Assembly (NCBI RefSeq): GCF_964355755.1
Contig: NC_092670.1
Span: 40,908,388-40,972,387 of the forward strand
Source of the DNA: Antedon mediterranea
Lineage: Eukaryota > Animalia > Echinodermata
DNA: 64,000 nucleotides
Direction of reading: 5' to 3'
The notes under the pieces were generated by a model. That model saw nothing but the letters and a program-made list of their open reading frames with translations, did no database searches and was not told the origin of the DNA. This document shows positions 13,495-36,629 of the stretch, piece by piece. How positions within the stretch are numbered: the first letter of the stretch is position 1; each line of letters starts with the position of its first letter. Both the position numbers and the translations under genes were made by a program.

Positions 13495-13755
13495 AGGTAA
13501 CCATGTCAAACTTGCTTTACTGCAGTTACTGCAGTAGAGCAAGTTATTGTTGCAATTAGCAACACACATACAAATTTTAGTAGATAATTTGACATGGTCC
13601 CTTATGCTCTGTCTACACTATCAAACTTTATGTGACAAAAAAATGTGATGTGCCCATATATAGTAGTGATGTGCACACATATGGTAGTGCTATGACATCA
13701 TCATGTCCATATATGGGAACATCACAATTTCATAGAATTTTATAGTGTAGACACT
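13495..13755. mobile_element. Abutting MITE family C (CCATGTCAAA / TTTGACATGG TIRs) and MITE family A copies
   Basis: AGGTAACCATGTCAAA...TTTGACATGGTCCCT, then TGCTCTGTCTACACTATCAAAC...ATAGTGTAGACA. Confidence 0.7.
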
Positions 13756-14449
13756 AAGACATCTTATGAATACAATATCACAGCATTTTAAATACACACT
13801 CAATATAGAGTACTCATTATTGCTCCTTACATTGATATTATGCCAATATGTTTGTTATAGACAATGTAGTATAGATTAATATTGGTTGCAGAAGAAACTA
13901 AAAGCAAACTTTAAAGCATTGTTTTTTGTTTTTTTTACTAGTTTAATTGTAAAAAGTTTATATTTTTCATATTGTAAGCAGTTTATATCGAAAAATAAAA
14001 GGTCGAAATTTGTTCAAATTCGAAAAATAGCCAAATTTCGACTTTTTAAGTGTTTGATATTATACAAATAATGAATGTTTATATTTATATGGATTTTATA
14101 AACACAACTACTTTAGTGTTAATTATGTCAACAAACGACCAAACAATCCTAGGCCTAGCAAGGGTAGGAAACCCATTCAAGTGCACAACAATGGTGTTAA
14201 TTGCACATCAAGCTGTGTAATGTTGTTGTTTTAAACATAAAATAATTTGGTACTGCCCTACGAATAATTGTCAATAATTATTTTATTCAATACTCACTTA
14301 AACTTGTTTAGTTATTATTAGAGTATTAATTTTATTGCTGGAATAGAGATGTGAACACCGTAATGATATTATTATTGAATATTCTCCCTCTTAAATTAAT
14401 ACTTAAAACTAAAGTAAAAATACAAGAAACATGAAAAACAATTTTCAAA

Positions 14450-16045
14450 AATTTCCCTGTACTACAGTACAGAGATTTTTTCAAAAAGGTCGAAAATTGG
14501 CCATTTTTTAAAAAAAATCCCTGTACTATAGTAAAGGGAAATTTTCGAAAAATGGCCGATTTTTTACCCTTTTATTTTTTGACATAAATGGTTACTATTG
14601 CATAATAAACATGCGCAGAGACGAATAATGGGTTCTGCGCATGAAAATTGTGCTATAGTAACCAGTTTTATCTAAAAATAAAAAGGTCGAAAATTGGCCA
14701 TTTTTTAAAAAAAATCCCTGTACTTTAGTAAAGGGAAATTTTCGAAAAATGGCCGATTTTTTACCCTTTTATTTTTTGACATAAATGGTTACTATTGCAT
14801 AATAAACATGCGCAGAGACGAATAATGGGTTCTGCGCATGAAAATTGTGCTATAGTAACCAGTTTTATCTAAAAATAAAAAGGTCGAAAATTGGCCATTT
14901 TTAAAAAAAAATCCCTGTACTATAGTACAGGGAAATTTTTGAAAAATGGCCGATTTTTTACCCTTTTATTTTTTGACATAAATGGTTACTATTGCATAAT
15001 AAACATGCGCAGAGACGAATAATGGGTTCTGCGCATGTTAATTGTGCTATAGTAACCATGCAGTTTTATCGAAAAATAAAAAGGTTGAAAATTGGCCATT
15101 TTTTTTGAAAAAATCCCTGTACTATAGTACAGGGAAATTTTTGAAAAATGGCCGATTTTTTACCCTTTTATTTTTTGACATAAATGGTTACTATTGCATA
15201 ATAAACATGCGCAGAGTCGACTAATGGGTTTTGCGCATGTTAATTGTGCTATAGTAACCAGTTTTATTGAAAAATAAAAAGGTCGAAAATTTGCAATTTT
15301 TTTGAAAAAATCCCTGTACTATAGTACAGGGAAATTTTCGAAAAATTGCCGATTTTCAACTCTTTTATTTTTTGACATAAATGGTTACTATAGCATAATA
15401 AACATGCGCAGAGTTGACTAATGGGTTCTGCGCATGTTAATTGTGCTATAGTAACCAGTTTTATCGAAAAATAAAAAGGTCGAAAATTGGCAATTTTTTT
15501 GAAAAAATCCCTGTACTATAGTACAGGGAAATTTTTGAAAAATGGCAGATTTTTTACCCTTTTATTTTTTGACATAAATGGTTACTATTGCATAATAAAC
15601 ATGCGCAGAGACGAATAATGGGTTCTGCGCATGAAAATTGTGCTATAGTAACCAGTTTTGACATAAATGGTTACTATAGCATAATAAACATGCGCAGAGT
15701 CGACTAATGGGTTTTGCGCATGTTAATTGTGCTATAGTAACTAGTTTTATCAAAAAATAAAAAGGTCGAGAATTGGCCATTTCCCTGTACTATAGTACAG
15801 GGAAATTTTCGAAAAATGGCCGATTTTCAACCCTTTTATTTTTTGACATAAATGGTAGCATAACCAGTTTTGACATAAATGGTTACTATAGCATAATAAA
15901 CATGCGCAGAGTCGACTAATGGGTTCGGCTATAGTAACCATTTATGTCAAAACTGGTTACTTTTGACATAAATGGTTACTATAGCATAATAAACATGCAC
16001 AGAGTCGAATAATGTGTTGTGCGCATGTCAATTATGCTATAGTAA
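14450..16045. repeat. Palindromic satellite, unit about 197 bp, about 6 full copies plus fragments
   Basis: GGT(C/T)GAAAATT recurs at 14488, 14685, 14882, 15083, 15281 and 15478. Each unit consists of two imperfect inverted repeats. Confidence 0.92.
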
Positions 16046-16804
16046 TATAGTTATTCGAAATTCCCTTTAGTAAAGTAGTATTAATGGCCAATTTCAACCC
16101 TTTGCAGGATGGCCTGCGGTGCATGTTACCTCTATTATTTGTCGACATAACTGGTTACTATGAGTACAAGATACATGCCCATATATAGCAATATCAAAGC
16201 ATAATCATTTTATTTTGCATAGAAGTCGATATTTTGATTACAGAGGTACTGTAAGATTTTACTGACAACCTTTTATTTGTATTTAAATCTTTCAATATAT
16301 TCACTTTATTTTTAAGTTGTAACTATAACCTATACTGAATCTTAAAAAAAGTAAACAATTGATTTCTATAGAAAAATAGTTGAAAACGTGTGGTTTAATC
16401 AAATTAAATATTCTATAATTTTGCTGTAGAATCTAGTTACTATAAATCATAAACATACATTTATTTTAAAATATTACACAACTTACAAAACGTATATACA
16501 TATAATTTACAAACAAATATGAGATGTACCTACTGTATTAGACTTGCTTTAAGTTTGTTTTATGTTTGTCCACCAGGCAATCAGTGTATCGACTTTTTTC
16601 TGGAAATACGAGCTCATGTATTATATGTATGAAACGGCATATATGCCAAAATATTTATATTTTTACTAACTTCGGTCTAGAACCCAGACCAATACTGTAT
16701 ATACTAGGGAACTTATTGTTGGACATACAGGATAGTTTTCTATTCAAAGAGCCGAGTGGCCAACCCCTATTCTATTCAAAGAGCCGACCTCTACTCAAGA
16801 CACA

Positions 16805-17103
16805 CGTATAAGGGCCCTAAGGGGACACTTTGTTGTTATGTATAAAGGCCCTAAGCGGACAATTTGTTATACATATAAAAGGCCCTAAGGGGACACTTTG
16901 TTGTTATGTATAAAGGCCCTAAGGGGACACTTTGTTAGTACGTATAAGGGCCCCAAGGGGACACTTTGTTAGTACGTATAAGGGCCCTAAGGGGACACTT
17001 TGTTGTTATGTATAAAGGCCCTAAGCGGACAATTTGTTATACATATAAAAGGCCCTAAGGGGACACTTTGTTAGTACGTATAAGGGCCCTAAGGAGACAC
17101 TTG
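16805..17103. repeat. Minisatellite of about 34 bp, about 9 copies
   Basis: Unit similar to TATAAGGGCCCTAAGGGGACACTTTGTTAGTACG. Confidence 0.9.
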
Positions 17104-17785
17104 GTTACTGATGATGGTGTCTCCATAATTTGGCAGTGAACGTGTTACTGAATATGTATGAAATAAATAAAAAATACAATGAATGAAAAAGTACTGTAAT
17201 TTATATTCTAAAAGGAATGCGTACATTTGGAATTCTTGAGGATTTGGTAGCATAATGTTCATTTATATAATAACAAATACAACAGTACCCTTAGTAACAT
17301 TATTGCAAAATTATGCTGCAAACTAATGTATTTCTACTGAATTAATATCCACCTTCATCTATTACTGTTATAGTGATACTGTAGTTTTCTTCTCCATAAA
17401 GAAAATTTCGAAAAGATTCCAAATATTTCTCATTTATTGAATTGTAAAAATATTGGCGAATACACTCCGAGCCGTAGCTAGAGGTTTGAGGGTTTAAACA
17501 AACCCTCCTTTTTCTGAAGTGCCCTTTTAAAACTAGAGATCAGATTAGGTCTAAACTAGATTAGCCTAATGACAATTTTCGTGAAAAACTCCCTGGCTAC
17601 AGGCTTGGCTTTCTACTCTTTTCATGGTCGTAACTACCCTGAGGCAGACGAAGTGCTCGACTCAACTGTAATTCTTAATTTTCACTACAAAAAAAACCTA
17701 ATTCGCAGCACAGATCAATATATTATCACTTACTGTATATACAAATGACTATATTATTATATTCTTACAGTAAATAGCATTCTCA

Positions 17786-17824
17786 CTCCTGAGGATGATT
17801 GAAGTGTATTGATCGAAACGTCGA
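17786..17824 (+). ncRNA. Degenerate minimal type I hammerhead ribozyme motif of the Penelope-like element kind
   Basis: CTGAGGA-T-GATTGA-agtgta-TTGATC-GAAAC-GTC gives the core CUGANGA, a stem II, GAAA and a GUC cleavage triplet. Stem I is only about 2 bp. Confidence 0.5.
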
Positions 17825-18495
17825 AAAACTTGATATCAACAGTTCTATACAGTATATACGTGCTGTACCGAAAACTTGATATCAACAGTTCTATACAGTA
17901 TGTACGTGCTGTACCGAAAACTTGATATCAACAGTTCTATACAGTATGTACGTGCTGTACTGAAAACTTGATATCAACAGTTCTATACAGTATGTACGTG
18001 CTGTACCGAAAACTTGATATCAACAGTTCTATACAGTATGTACGTGCTGTACCGAAAACTTGATATCAACAGTTCTATACAGTATGTACGTGCTGTACTG
18101 AAAACTTGATATCAACAGTTCTATACAGTATGTACGTGCTGTACTGAAAACTTGATATCAACAGTTCTATACAGTATGTACGTGCTGTACCGAAAACTTG
18201 ACATCAACAGTTCTATACAGTATATACGTGCTGTACCGAAAACTTGATATCAACAGTTCTATACAGTATATACGTGCTGTACTGAAAACTTGATATCAAC
18301 AGTTCTATACAGTATATACGTGCTGTACCGAAAACTTGATATCAACAGTTCTATACAGTATATACGTGCTGTACCGAAAACTTGATATCAACAGTTCTAT
18401 ACAGTATATACGTGCTGTACTAAAAACTTGATATCAACAGTTCTATACAGTATGTACGTGCTGTACCGAAAACTTGATATCAACAGTTCTATACA
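17825..18495. repeat. 46-bp tandem repeat, about 14.5 copies
   Basis: Unit AAAACTTGATATCAACAGTTCTATACAGTATRTACGTGCTGTACYG. Confidence 0.95.
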
Positions 18496-19198
18496 TATCA
18501 ACAAAGTTCTTACAGTATTGATAACAATTAGGTGATGGTATGCAAGTACAAATAATATTCGAGATACCTTATATCAAGGTGAAGTTTTTGATTTACTTAT
18601 ATTAGAGTGAATTTAGAGTTGTGCATGACTTAAGTTAAGATGGATTATGGAAAATTCAAGAAATATATTAATGATGTGTTTTCAACTAATAACAAGAATC
18701 AAATATTTCAGTGTACAATTATTGTAATTTAATAAAATGAAAATTAAGTTAAGACTGCAATAATTGGAAAGTGTCTACAATGTACACTATATAAAAAACT
18801 CTCATAAAATATATAAACTGTATTTATTGTTAATAAGAATTAAATATTTCAGTATACAATTATCATAATAGATATAACGAAATCATCATCACACTATATC
18901 TTCACTCTCTCCTTAATACTTTTATTTTTTACATCAACTGCACTACATCTCTTGCACTATTTGGATAATTGAATATACCCATAAAATGGAATACATAAAA
19001 AACACTCACAACTTATATCTCTTTAGAACACCTTCCTGAAATGAATTCTGAAAACTTCATAACTTTGCATTGTGTGCGAGATCCCTGCGGCCTGTTGACT
19101 GTATATTCTGTCCAGAATCAAAGAGTCACATGTAACTGAATACATCTGTCAAAGCCAGCATCACTATGTCCAGACACTATAAGTAGTGCTTCCTTGTA

Positions 19199-22100
19199 CT
19201 AGCAATTGGCACCAAGTAAAGGTGCTCTTTCATCATCTAATACAGTAACTACTTGCGATGGCGTGTTTGGTGCTGGTCGTCGTCTATTGAGGGAAAAACA
19301 TGAATCAATAATTGTGGAAAATACATGGTTGCACAAGTTTGGTTAAAATCATTAAAAGTATATAGGTAATATACAGAAACAAGATATTTTGTGTTAGCTC
19401 AAGGGTATTTGGTATGAGGAGTGGTAACTCTATAAAAAAATTTCAATTTCTACTCAGAAAAATCAGAAGATGACCACTATAGCTTGGTTCCCACTTCTTG
19501 GACACAAGTACGTAAGTGTGCCGCAAATAATTTGACCAATCATGATATCATGGATCATCAGAACTGTCACTTAAGATTGGTCTACTCACTTGCAATATAT
19601 TTACGTATTTTCCAAGCTTATAAAGAAACAAAATAAATTTCTTAACACTTACCCTTTAAAAAATCTAAATTCCCATAGACTGAATGTCAGAAAGAGGACA
19701 CACAATGCCATATTTATGCCTCCAAATATCGTCGCTGCCCATTTAAATGTAAGATTATCAACCAGAAACCCTCCTAGAACTGGTCCTATAAATGTTCTAG
19801 AAAGATAAAAAAATGACTATAGTGGGTCAGTAGCTTTGGAAATATTTTGAAATAGACAATCAAGAAGCTATCAATATTCTAAACTATATTTGGATTGTAA
19901 ACTATGGCAAGCCTCAGCTGTCATGAATCCGATTATATATATTATTAGATGTCCTCATTTTCACTGTTTTAATCTCTGTCTACACTATCAAACTTGAAAT
20001 GTGTTGTGCCAATATATGGACATGATGATGTCATATCACTACCATGTTTGGGTACACGTCCACACTTTTTTAGTTTGATAGTGCAGACAGAGCTTAATAG
20101 TTGAATGTATTATATTATTTTACAGCTTGATAGTGCAGACAGAGCTTAATAGTTGAATGTATTATATTATTTTATGTTTTAATTATTGTATTATATCAGT
20201 TAATTTCAGCATTATAGAAAACTGAAAATACATGTTTCTGTGAAAGATTAATTATGGAAGAAGTGTAACTTAAATCCACTTACCCAATTGAAAATACACT
20301 GTTAAACTGTCCTGAGATTATACTGTATGTTGTCATATCGTCTGCTAGTCCATACCACCTAAAAAGTAAAAATTAACATTTAATACAAAGCCTGTATTAG
20401 TATAAATTAGATGATATTTGTAAGGATTTTAAACCAACTTACTTAGCAGAAACGAGCATGTCCTGATAAGCTGGGGTCAACCCACATCCAATAGAAAGTC
20501 CTAGGCAACCAAGACCGATACATATTACCCACAATTCCCTATAAAAAAACCATTTACATTTAATTAATTCATTCACAAGAAAAAATTTAAATTAATTATA
20601 AGAACACAAAGCATAATATTTAATAAGCCATAGAAAATACACATATTTTTTACAAATTAATAATTTAAATAAAAGTATATAAATGACATTATGATGCAAT
20701 CTCATCTTAGAATACTATTCCATCTGGAGACCACCTTAGACTTATTGTTGACTAATATATTTCACTTTATTATGTCTATATGCCAAGCCATGTATGCATT
20801 TTCATTTTGTTTCAAGTCATTTAAATTGAAAGTTATACAAAAAACCCCAAAATGGTATACTGTACTTACGTTGGTAAATGAAGTAGAGGAGAAGGTCCAA
20901 TCAATAGGTAAGAAACACATGCACAAAAGAAGCCAGAAACAATCATAGGTCTGGTTGCATTCTGTAACAAAATAAACATCACATATTGCAACTTTATTCA
21001 TATTTATCTAGACAACGTGTGCTGGTTCATTAAACGAATGTTTCCAGCACTAGAATTTCAACCCAGGATCTGGGATCAGAGAACATACCAGAAGTAGAAA
21101 AGTTGTAAATTAAACATTTTTCGAGCATTATCTTGTCAAATGAGATTGAGGAAAACTAACTGAGTGTGATTGTGACTGTGGTGTATACTGTAAAGTATAC
21201 ACTTTAAACATTAGGCCTACATCCAGATTTATTTTACACTTAACTTTTATTTATCTAATTTATACATAATCTGTTATGTTGTAAAACAATAAACTCTATG
21301 TAAATATAATATATATATAAACAAATCAGGCAAAGAACATTAATTCTAAACCGCCCGGTGATATACTGAAATTTAATGAATTAATTTGAAACGATAAAGA
21401 TGATGAAATCTGTGAGAATGAGAAAAAGTCGCCCCAACCGAGACTCGAACTCGGACCGCCTGCTTGATATGCAGATGTCCTAGCCATTAGACCACTGGGG
21501 CTTTCATGGTATTGTTCAAACTCGATTGGATAGCGACTCTTTAACCTATATATAATATATATAATATACAAACATTGGTATTCATATTCATACATACATT
21601 TTTGTCCGCTAACCATCCCCAGAACGGACTTGAGATTGCGTACATTCCACCAATCAAAAGAAACATGGCTCCTACTTGGGTAGGATTTAGTGAACTGTTG
21701 ACATCTTTCAGATGATTAGATAAAGTAGGATCTAGAAAGCCTAGAGCCAAGGCTCCAGCAAATGCTGTCACTGAAGTGCACCAAATTGCTGGAATCTTCC
21801 ACAGTGTTTTGAATGAGCCTAATTCTGTCTTTTTACCTAAAAGTTAATAACATTTTCGTAGTTGTAAATGTAATATTTGTTATTCCAAATCTTATGATCA
21901 GATTTATAATTATAGTGCTACCAACAGCATAAATTATTGAATTTTTATTTTATTTATAGAGCCTAACCAAATAACCTGTCGACTCTTCCATCAACAGACT
22001 CTCACTTTCCCAAAAAAGATTTTCTTGAAATCTGAGAGGGTCCAGAAAAGGATTTTCTGGAAAACACTTTAGGCCAGCTAGAGGATGTCCAGTATGGTAC

Positions 22101-25100
22101 AGGTAATATTCAGGGACCATCTTTAAACATTAAAAATGCCAGTCAGGGACTCTCTTCAAAATTGCAAAGAGTAAACAAAATTCTTAAATTCAAAAATCTC
22201 AAGTAGCATGGATTACAGTTTAAACAAGAACTAACACAAAAGGTTTAGAAGGGTGTGGAGGAGAAGACTAAGATACTACTGATGCAGCTGGGTATTGAAT
22301 TTATATAAAATATAAGGAGCTACATGCTCCTTTTGTATTTACTCTTTTTATGCAACAAATTGCTGCTTATATAATTTTGTCATTTTAGTGCTTTGTTATT
22401 AAGAAAATTCAAAAACATTTTACTCTCTGTCAAAATTTTTTTTTTTTTCTAAAAAAAAGATGGTTTGCATTTTCTTAAAAGTAAAATTTTTAACCCATGC
22501 CCTTGTGCCTTTTTCAAATTGTTATATTGTTTTGTAACAGAGAGGGTTTCTACTTATAAGCTGTGCTTCAGAGATTCCATTCTTTTGTTTTGTACTATGA
22601 TTATTTATGATTTTGTGAATGGAAAAAAGAAAAAAAGAAAAGACTGGTAGACTTACCCTTATCATCATTTGGTAACAGAAATACATTGATAACAATGATA
22701 GTCATGACTGCTAAGCCAATCACCAAGAACGGCAAACTGTAACCACCGACCTAAAGTAACATGAAATATATTTTAAATTTTCACAGAATTTAACAATATT
22801 TGTAAAGGTTGTCATGGCAAATAAAGACTAGTAAAGTAAGTTTGGACACCTTCCTAAGGAAATAAAAAATAAATAAATTTCTTGATGTTTCGGTTGTTTT
22901 GGCTACAAAACATTACTTATTTAATGATGTAATTTAAAACTTAAAAGTTGATTTTTAAAGGTAATCATAAAAGAATGAAATGAGTTTGTTACCTGATCCA
23001 GGACTCCTCCTATTAGAGGGCCTATCATGTACCCCATTCCTGAGAACACCTCCAGAATACCCTGAAAAAAAAACAACCAACATCATTCTTTATCACAAAA
23101 AAACAAAAAAACCCACTACTACTGTGTAACTCACAAATAATGGCTTGATTTGAATCGTAAAAGGACTAGGATATAATTATATTGTGTGTCACAGCAGAAT
23201 ATTACTACTGTCTCATACTAATAAAACATGTCTAAACCCACACAATTTATAATTTATTTATATTCTATCCCCAAAAGGATAGGAATATTGTATACCAGCC
23301 AGCCAAGTGTGCAAAATTAAAATAAATAAATACAGGGCCGGCTATAGCCAGCATGAAACAGACGAGAGGTGCTCGCATTGTCTGAAAATTTTAATTTTTA
23401 CTACCCACACTAATTCCACAGCAGATATTGTCATATTTTATATTAATAATTGTATTTAAAGCATCTTTGCATGTATTTTATGATCATTAGAATTCCTTTA
23501 TGCTATAAAGGATATATGTGTCATAATGACATGCATTTTATGCTTTACAAACAAACTAATAAATTAGTTACAAGAGGCAATTTCACTAAAATGTGTTAAT
23601 GTTCACATTAAACACAAGGTTTCACAAATAAGAGTAAACACTTAACTTAAGTATTACCAGATTATTATTGCAACAGGTCTTGTTTGATTTGTGTATTAAT
23701 TTTATTTTATAAATTGTTGCTTACAAAGCACTTTTATGAAGGTGCTTCACAATAGATTGATATTGTTCTGATTATTGCTTCCTTTTGAAGTTGACCATGG
23801 GATAAGTCTGTGCTTAAGTTCAATACTTAATTATGAATTAAGAATTTCAGTGAAAATTAAATCCTTGAAACCAGGATGTACAAAGTCCTTGTAAGATTAG
23901 AAAAATGTTGTCAAAGAAGACAAAGAAATATGAGCAAGATGAGAATTTAAGCAAAAACTTACAATTAGAGTTTGCGATAAAATTGAAGTAAAAACTTACA
24001 ATAGTTTGCGATAAAATTTAAGAAAAAAAAAACTTACAATAGTTTGAGATAAAATTGAAGTAAAAACTTACAATAGTTTGAGCAACATTGTTTGGGAATG
24101 TGTTGGCGATAATTGCCATGAGGGCGGTGACTGCTGCGGCTGTACCCGCTGCTCCTACAGCTCTGATTGCGAAGCTAAACATTATGAACTGCATTCCACT
24201 ATCCATCCTGTTTACAAACCTACACAAATAGTAACAAAGTGTTGTGGGACAATTTGATCTGATAATCTAATGGTTAAAAGCGCTATATACATTTTGAAAA
24301 CATTAACATCAACATTTATTAAAGTGTTTAAATAAATTTGTTTCTTGCTTTCGACTTCTTTAGTATTAAAATTTAAGAATTTCCCTCTTTTTTTTAAACA
24401 ACATGGTAATCAAACTATATTTAGATCTTACCCAAACAATATATTTGCACCAGCACACACAAATTCACCTGATATGAACATGAATTTGGCTCCAACTTTT
24501 GGCATCTATAACAAATATATTGAAAACATATAATGAAAAATATCAGGCGTCAGACTCTGGAGGTTGTGGGTTCGAGTCCCACCCAAGAATTTTGTTTAAA
24601 GTGTTCTCAATATGTACTTAAACATAAAATACAATTATGTGGGGAGTGGGGCAAACATCTGACATCTATCTGTTTAAAAATAAATATTTAAAAAATGTTG
24701 TTATGCTTACATTTTAAGATATCCTGCATTATCTACAGTACTTAAATCTATTGTGTACTATTGACACATGTTCTGTTTCATGGAACAAAAGACAGGACAG
24801 GTGTCACATTATTCAAATAATTTAAAATAAAAACAGACTTACAATTTTTCCACAAATTGGTGAAACAATGAACATGACAAAGGAGAATGAACCAAAAATG
24901 AAGCCAGTTACTGTTGACCCTACACCTTTATCGTCAGCCTGAAAATAACAACAAAATGGATTATTTGAAGACATGGTTTTCCTGGTTGAAAACTTTTAGC
25001 ATTAGAATTTTCAAATTTGCTGGAATTATATGTTTTTTCGTGAGCAAAAATGGAATACGTCAATACTGTTTTCCACATGAATAACATTTATTATAAGATT

Positions 25101-25527
25101 ATGTAAGGTTTTTATGGTTGATTATCATTTTTCAGCGGTTCCAATATTTTACTAAAATTTTAGCATTAGAATTTTCAAATTTGCAGGAATTATATATGTT
25201 ATTATTATGAGCAAAAATTGAATGTGTGAGCAAAAATTGAATTTGTGTTTAAAATTAATAACAAATTAATTAGATTATGTAACTTACTTCTTGTGGGTAT
25301 ATAGGAGCGATGATTGAATAAGAACAACAATCAAAGAAGTTAGCCAAGGACAGGCTTATAAAAGTTAAAATCTGACGTCTTGTAAATTTCGGTGAAGCCT
25401 CCTTTTTCTCTTCCTGATCTTCCTCCTTAGTTGCTTGGATCTGAACTGATCCATTTGTACCAACGCCTTCTTTACTGTCTGCCATCGTCTGTTCCACAAT
25501 TTCTTCTTTATTTTCTGGTGAAGTCAT
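19199..25527 (-). CDS. SLC18B1: MFS-type transporter SLC18B1 (vesicular polyamine transporter-like)
   Basis: About 12 coding exons (approximate): 25527-25288, 24938-24843, 24505-24432, 24219-24072, 23062-22993, 22751-22657, 21836-21598, 20961-20869, 20519-20443, 20358-20284, 19796-19653, 19283-19199. Motifs: CSYSIIAPIYPQE, ALGFLDPTLSNHL, AISSPFWGWLADK, FIGPVLGGFLVD, and a C-terminal DERAPLL dileucine signal. A probable non-coding exon has its donor near 26010. Confidence 0.9.
21430..21501 (-). tRNA. tRNA-like gene with an ATC (Asp) anticodon; may be a tRNA-derived repeat or pseudogene
   Basis: GCCCCAG-TG-GTCT-AATGGCTA-GGAC-A-TCTGC-ATATCAA-GCAGG-CGGT-CCGAG-TTCGAGT-CTCGG-TTGGGGC-G. All four stems pair, A- and B-box-like motifs are present, and TTTTT follows 2 nt downstream. 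Confidence 0.6.
24545..24590 (+). mobile_element. tRNA-derived SINE fragment
   Basis: T-arm/B box GTGGGTTCGAGTCCCAC is present without the 5' half of a tRNA. Confidence 0.45.
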
Positions 25528-27369
25528 CCTGTGAAGTGAATGTAACAATCTATGCCATTGAATTGTTATTAATAATTTTGAATGCTATAGACACAGTCCC
25601 AGGCCGAGGGTACTATATAAAATTTGTTGAAAATTAGGCGAGCCAGTGGGACTCATCGGATTACTGTATGATAGATTGTACACATTTTGGAATAACTGAT
25701 TTTTTCATTTATCAATTGACTTGCAGAAAAACTATACACTATATTACACTACAGTACTATTTATTTGCAGCCCTAAAGTAAGCTTATTGGAGTCGAAAGT
25801 GCAGTAGGTACCACAGTCAGTGACCACTATCCACATTCTTTACCCGCCATCCGGTGGCCGAATTGTCATAAACCGGCCTATATTCCCATAGCCACTAAAC
25901 ACTTGCCTACTAGGGTAGGCTGGCTGCTCTGTTGCATAATCAAATTAATCAACCAGCCAGCCTAGCATTCATAAAGTACAACCTACGCTACACGAATAAT
26001 ATGGACTTACCTGATAAATTGTATTAATTAATTACAGCAGATGAGATGCCTTCTATATACTGGTATTACACTCAGCGTAAATTAAGCATGTACTAAGAAA
26101 TTGTTGTATTTGTACTACACTGTGTCATTGCACAACATCATGCCATAGTTGAGTGCACTTACTTTGACTATGATGTCATTGAGATACCAAATAGCCAATC
26201 ACAATAGAGTATTTTATCAATGTAGAAATTTATCTCCATTGATGAGATCCAGCCTCTGATATCATGGAGCAGCTCCATGCTGATATCCACATCATTGTCA
26301 TTAATTTGCCTTTGGACTATTGTATAGTAAATACCTGTATAAGCTAATATGCTGTATAAATGTGTATTTTGATGAAATTACCACACACAAGCACATCTTT
26401 GTGAAACGGTTTTACCAATTATTTTAATATAATCTAAAATCATGGCCGATTGTCAGCACAATCAATTTTTATTATTGGTTTTTTGACAGATTGACAAGTC
26501 CATCCAGGACAGGAGGGAAAACAAATAGGTTAGTTAGGGCATATTTACTTTCACACCCATAAATAAATAAAAAGAATGATTGAATTAATTTTTTTGCCTT
26601 GCCTCAGCTAGGTGAGTGTATACACATTTTTATTACTGCAAGGGGCCACAAGAACACATGCTTTCTGATTCTACACTGCATCATCCATTAAAATCTTACA
26701 GTAGTTCAACATCTACAAACTCTTATATTTTCATCACCTACAGTATAGTATGGTGGACGTCCTGTGTTGGTTGTTTACTATTGTAAAACTGTCTAAACTA
26801 TGGTAGTGATATGCTCAAATATGGTGGTGATATGTCATCATCATGTCCATATATCGGCACATCACATTTTTTTTGTCACAACTTGTCCTTTGTATCAAAT
26901 ACCATCAAAATCAATATTTCTGATGAAATTATTAATTATCACTGAATGTTTATGTTGCTTTACTTATTTGTTCTTTACTCCATGTTTGATTACAAGAATG
27001 AAAATATAATAAAGAGTGCAAACTAAAAGTAGAAAAGTTGAGGTTTTATTCAGACACAAAATAAAGTTACATTTTAATGAGCTGAGGTCAATCAACATTG
27101 AGCTGAGGTCAATCACCATCACCATGTGAAATGTGTATTTAAAACAGACATGTCTAAAACACTTTAGTTTATTAAACATTCACTTTATTCACAATAAATA
27201 ACATCATTGCCTAATCACAAATCTATCGTAAATGAAAAATTACATCTAGGTTTATTAAGTGCAGACTTCATTTTGGGTCAGCGATACTCAGTAAACATTC
27301 TTACATACATGTACTGTAATTATATGTAGACATACATGTACTGTATGTGGTGTTAGTACTCCAAGTAAT

Positions 27370-36482
<9,113 letters not shown>

Positions 36483-36629
36483 TTCTTTATACTATACAGT
36501 ACTTTAGTTACCGCTCAAAAATGGAGACAAAAACCAACACACATGGGGGATGACTTGAGAAAATAACACCTGAACTTTTCATTCAACCACAGAACGTCTG
36601 TACGAAAGTCTACCAGGCGGTACTTATTT

